Assembly: GCF_004010195.1 (NCBI RefSeq)
Contig: NC_057753.1
Location: 434,536-456,908 of the forward strand
Source: Chiloscyllium plagiosum
Taxonomy: Eukaryota
DNA length: 22,373 nucleotides
Reading direction: 5' to 3'
The notes below the pieces were generated by a model that did not search any database, was not told the origin of the DNA, and was given only the letters and a program-made list of their open reading frames with translations. Shown piece by piece: positions 20,595 through 22,373 of the stretch; within the stretch, counting starts at the first letter, position 1; the number at the start of each line of letters is the position of its first letter. The translations under genes and the position numbers were made by a program.

Positions 20595-21951
20595 CCAGTG
20601 ACTGTATGACTGTAACATTGTAGAGGAGCATTGCTCTGTGTCTGACCCTGTGCTGTACCTGTCCAGGGACTGTATGATGGGAACAGTGTAGAGGAGCATT
20701 GCTCTGTATCAGACCCTGTGCTGTACAAGTCCAGGGACTGTATGACTGTAACAGTGTAGAGGAGCATTGCTCTGTATCTGACCCTGTGCTGTACCTGTCC
20801 AGGGACTGTATGACTGTAACAGTGTAGAGGAGCATTGCTCTGTATCTGACCCTGTGCTGTACCTGTCCAGGGACTGTATGATGGGAACAGTGTAGAGGAG
20901 CATTGCTCTGTATCTGACCCTGTGCTGTACCTGTCCAGGGACTGTATGATGGGAACAGTGTAGAGGAGCATTGCTGTGTATCTGACCCTGTGCTGTACCT
21001 GTCCAGGGACTGTATGATGGGAGCAGTATTGAGGAGCATTGCTCTGTATCAGACCCTGTGCTGTACAAGTCCAGGGTCTGTATGACTGTAACAGTGTAGA
21101 GGAGCATTGCTCTGTATCTGACCCTGTGCTGTACCTGTCCAGGGACTGTATGACTGTAACAGTGTAGCGGAGCTTTGCTCTGTATCTGGCCATGTGCTGT
21201 ACCTGTCCAGGGACTGTATGACTGTATCAGTGTAGAGGAGCTTTGCTCTGTATCTGACCCTGTGCTGTACCTGTCCAGGGACTGTATGACTGGAACAGTG
21301 TAGAGGAGCATTGCTCTATATCTAGCCCTGTGCTGTGTCTGTCCAGGGACTGTATGACTGTAACAGTGTAGCGGAGCTTTGCTCTGTATCTGACCCTGTG
21401 CTGTACCTGTCCAGGGACTGTATGACTGTAACAGTGTAGAGGAGCATTGCTCGGTATCTGACCCTGTTTTGTATCTGTCCAGGGACTGTATGACTATAAC
21501 AGTGTAGAGGAGCATTGCACTGTATCTGACCCTGTGCTGTACCTGTCTAGGGACTGTATGAATGTAACAGTATAGAGGAGCATTGCTGTGTTTCTGACCC
21601 TGTGCTGTACCTTTCCAAGGACTGTATGATTGTAACAGTGTAGAGGAGCATTGCTCTGTATCTGGCCCTGCGCTGTACCTGTCCAGGGACTGTATGCCTG
21701 TAACAGTGTAGAGGAGCATTGCTCTGTATCTGACCCTGTGCTGTACCTGTCCAGGGACTGTATGATGGGAATAGTGTAGAGGAGCTTTACTCTGTATCTG
21801 GCTATGTGCTGTACCTGTCCAGGGACTGTATGATGGGAACAATGTCGAGGAGCATTGCTCTGTATCTGACCCTGTGCTGTGTCTGTCCAGGGACTGTATG
21901 ACTGTAACAGTGTAGAGGAGCTTTGCTCTGCATCTGGCCCTGTGCTGTACC
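20595..21951. repeat. 68-bp satellite, ~20 copies
   Basis: Unit CCAGGGACTGTATGACTGTAACAGTGTAGAGGAGCATTGCTCTGTATCTGACCCTGTGCTGTACCTGT; starts at 20663, 20731, 20799 and onward. Confidence 0.97.
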
Positions 21952-22373
21952 CCGCGCTGGCCTATTACCTGCCCTCGGCCTCTTCATTTCCAACTGCCGC
22001 CGGGACATTAACCGCCTCAACCTGTCGACCCCCCTCCCCCACTCCAACCTCTCACCCTCACAACGTGCAGCCCTCCAATCCCTCTGCTCCAATCCTGACC
22101 TCACCATCAAGCCAGCAGACAAAGGGGGCGCAGTGGTAGTCTGGCGCACTGACCCCTACATCGCTGAAGCCAAACGCCAACTCGAGGACACATCTTCCTA
22201 CCGCCCCCTTGACCATGACCCCACCCCCCATCACCAAACCATCATCTCCCAGACCATACAGAACCTCATCACCTCAGGAGATCTCCCACCCACAGCTACC
22301 AACCTCATAGTCCGGGAACCCCGCACTCCCCGGTCCTACCTCCTTCCCAAGATCCACAAGCCCGACCACCCTG
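21950..22373 (+). mobile_element. Penelope-like element reverse transcriptase, 5'-truncated, continues past window end
   Basis: Open frame from 21950: PRAGLLPALGLFISNCRRDI...NLSPSQRAALQSL...TIKPADKGGAVVVW...YLLPKIHKPDHP. ADKG and LPKIHK are PLE RT hallmarks. Absent from the ORF track. Confidence 0.92.

Noticed and set aside
20324..21842. Long minus-strand ORFs (289, 153 and 377 aa)
   Set aside because: Translations of the 68-bp satellite and 36-bp VNTR cycling through frames; no protein domain.
20595..21951. CRISPR array
   Set aside because: Contiguous tandem units with no unique spacers, no cas genes, and a vertebrate context.

Overview
Eukaryotic, repeat-dominated DNA, very likely from a cartilaginous fish (shark), judged from HE1-type SINEs, HER1/CR1 LINEs and a shark-style C2H2 zinc-finger exon. 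It has three assembly gaps and no intact protein-coding gene. Contents: several CR1-group LINE copies and fragments, two HE1-like SINEs, a ~3.4-kb LINE with a tRNA-like head and no ORF1, a decayed C2H2 zinc-finger exon (minus strand), a probable solo ERV LTR, a CpG-island promoter with a 36-bp KLF/SP-site VNTR, a 68-bp satellite and a TG-rich minisatellite. The most interesting signal is a Penelope-like element (PLE)/hammerhead ribozyme (HHR) set. It comprises a PLE reverse transcriptase fragment, a PLE 3' fragment, short palindromic elements with a minimal HHR core (one with a 15-bp target-site duplication), and a decayed tandem array of 134-169-bp units whose consensus rebuilds a minimal type I HHR, resembling a fossil retrozyme. 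Family names come from recognition by eye, not from database searches.
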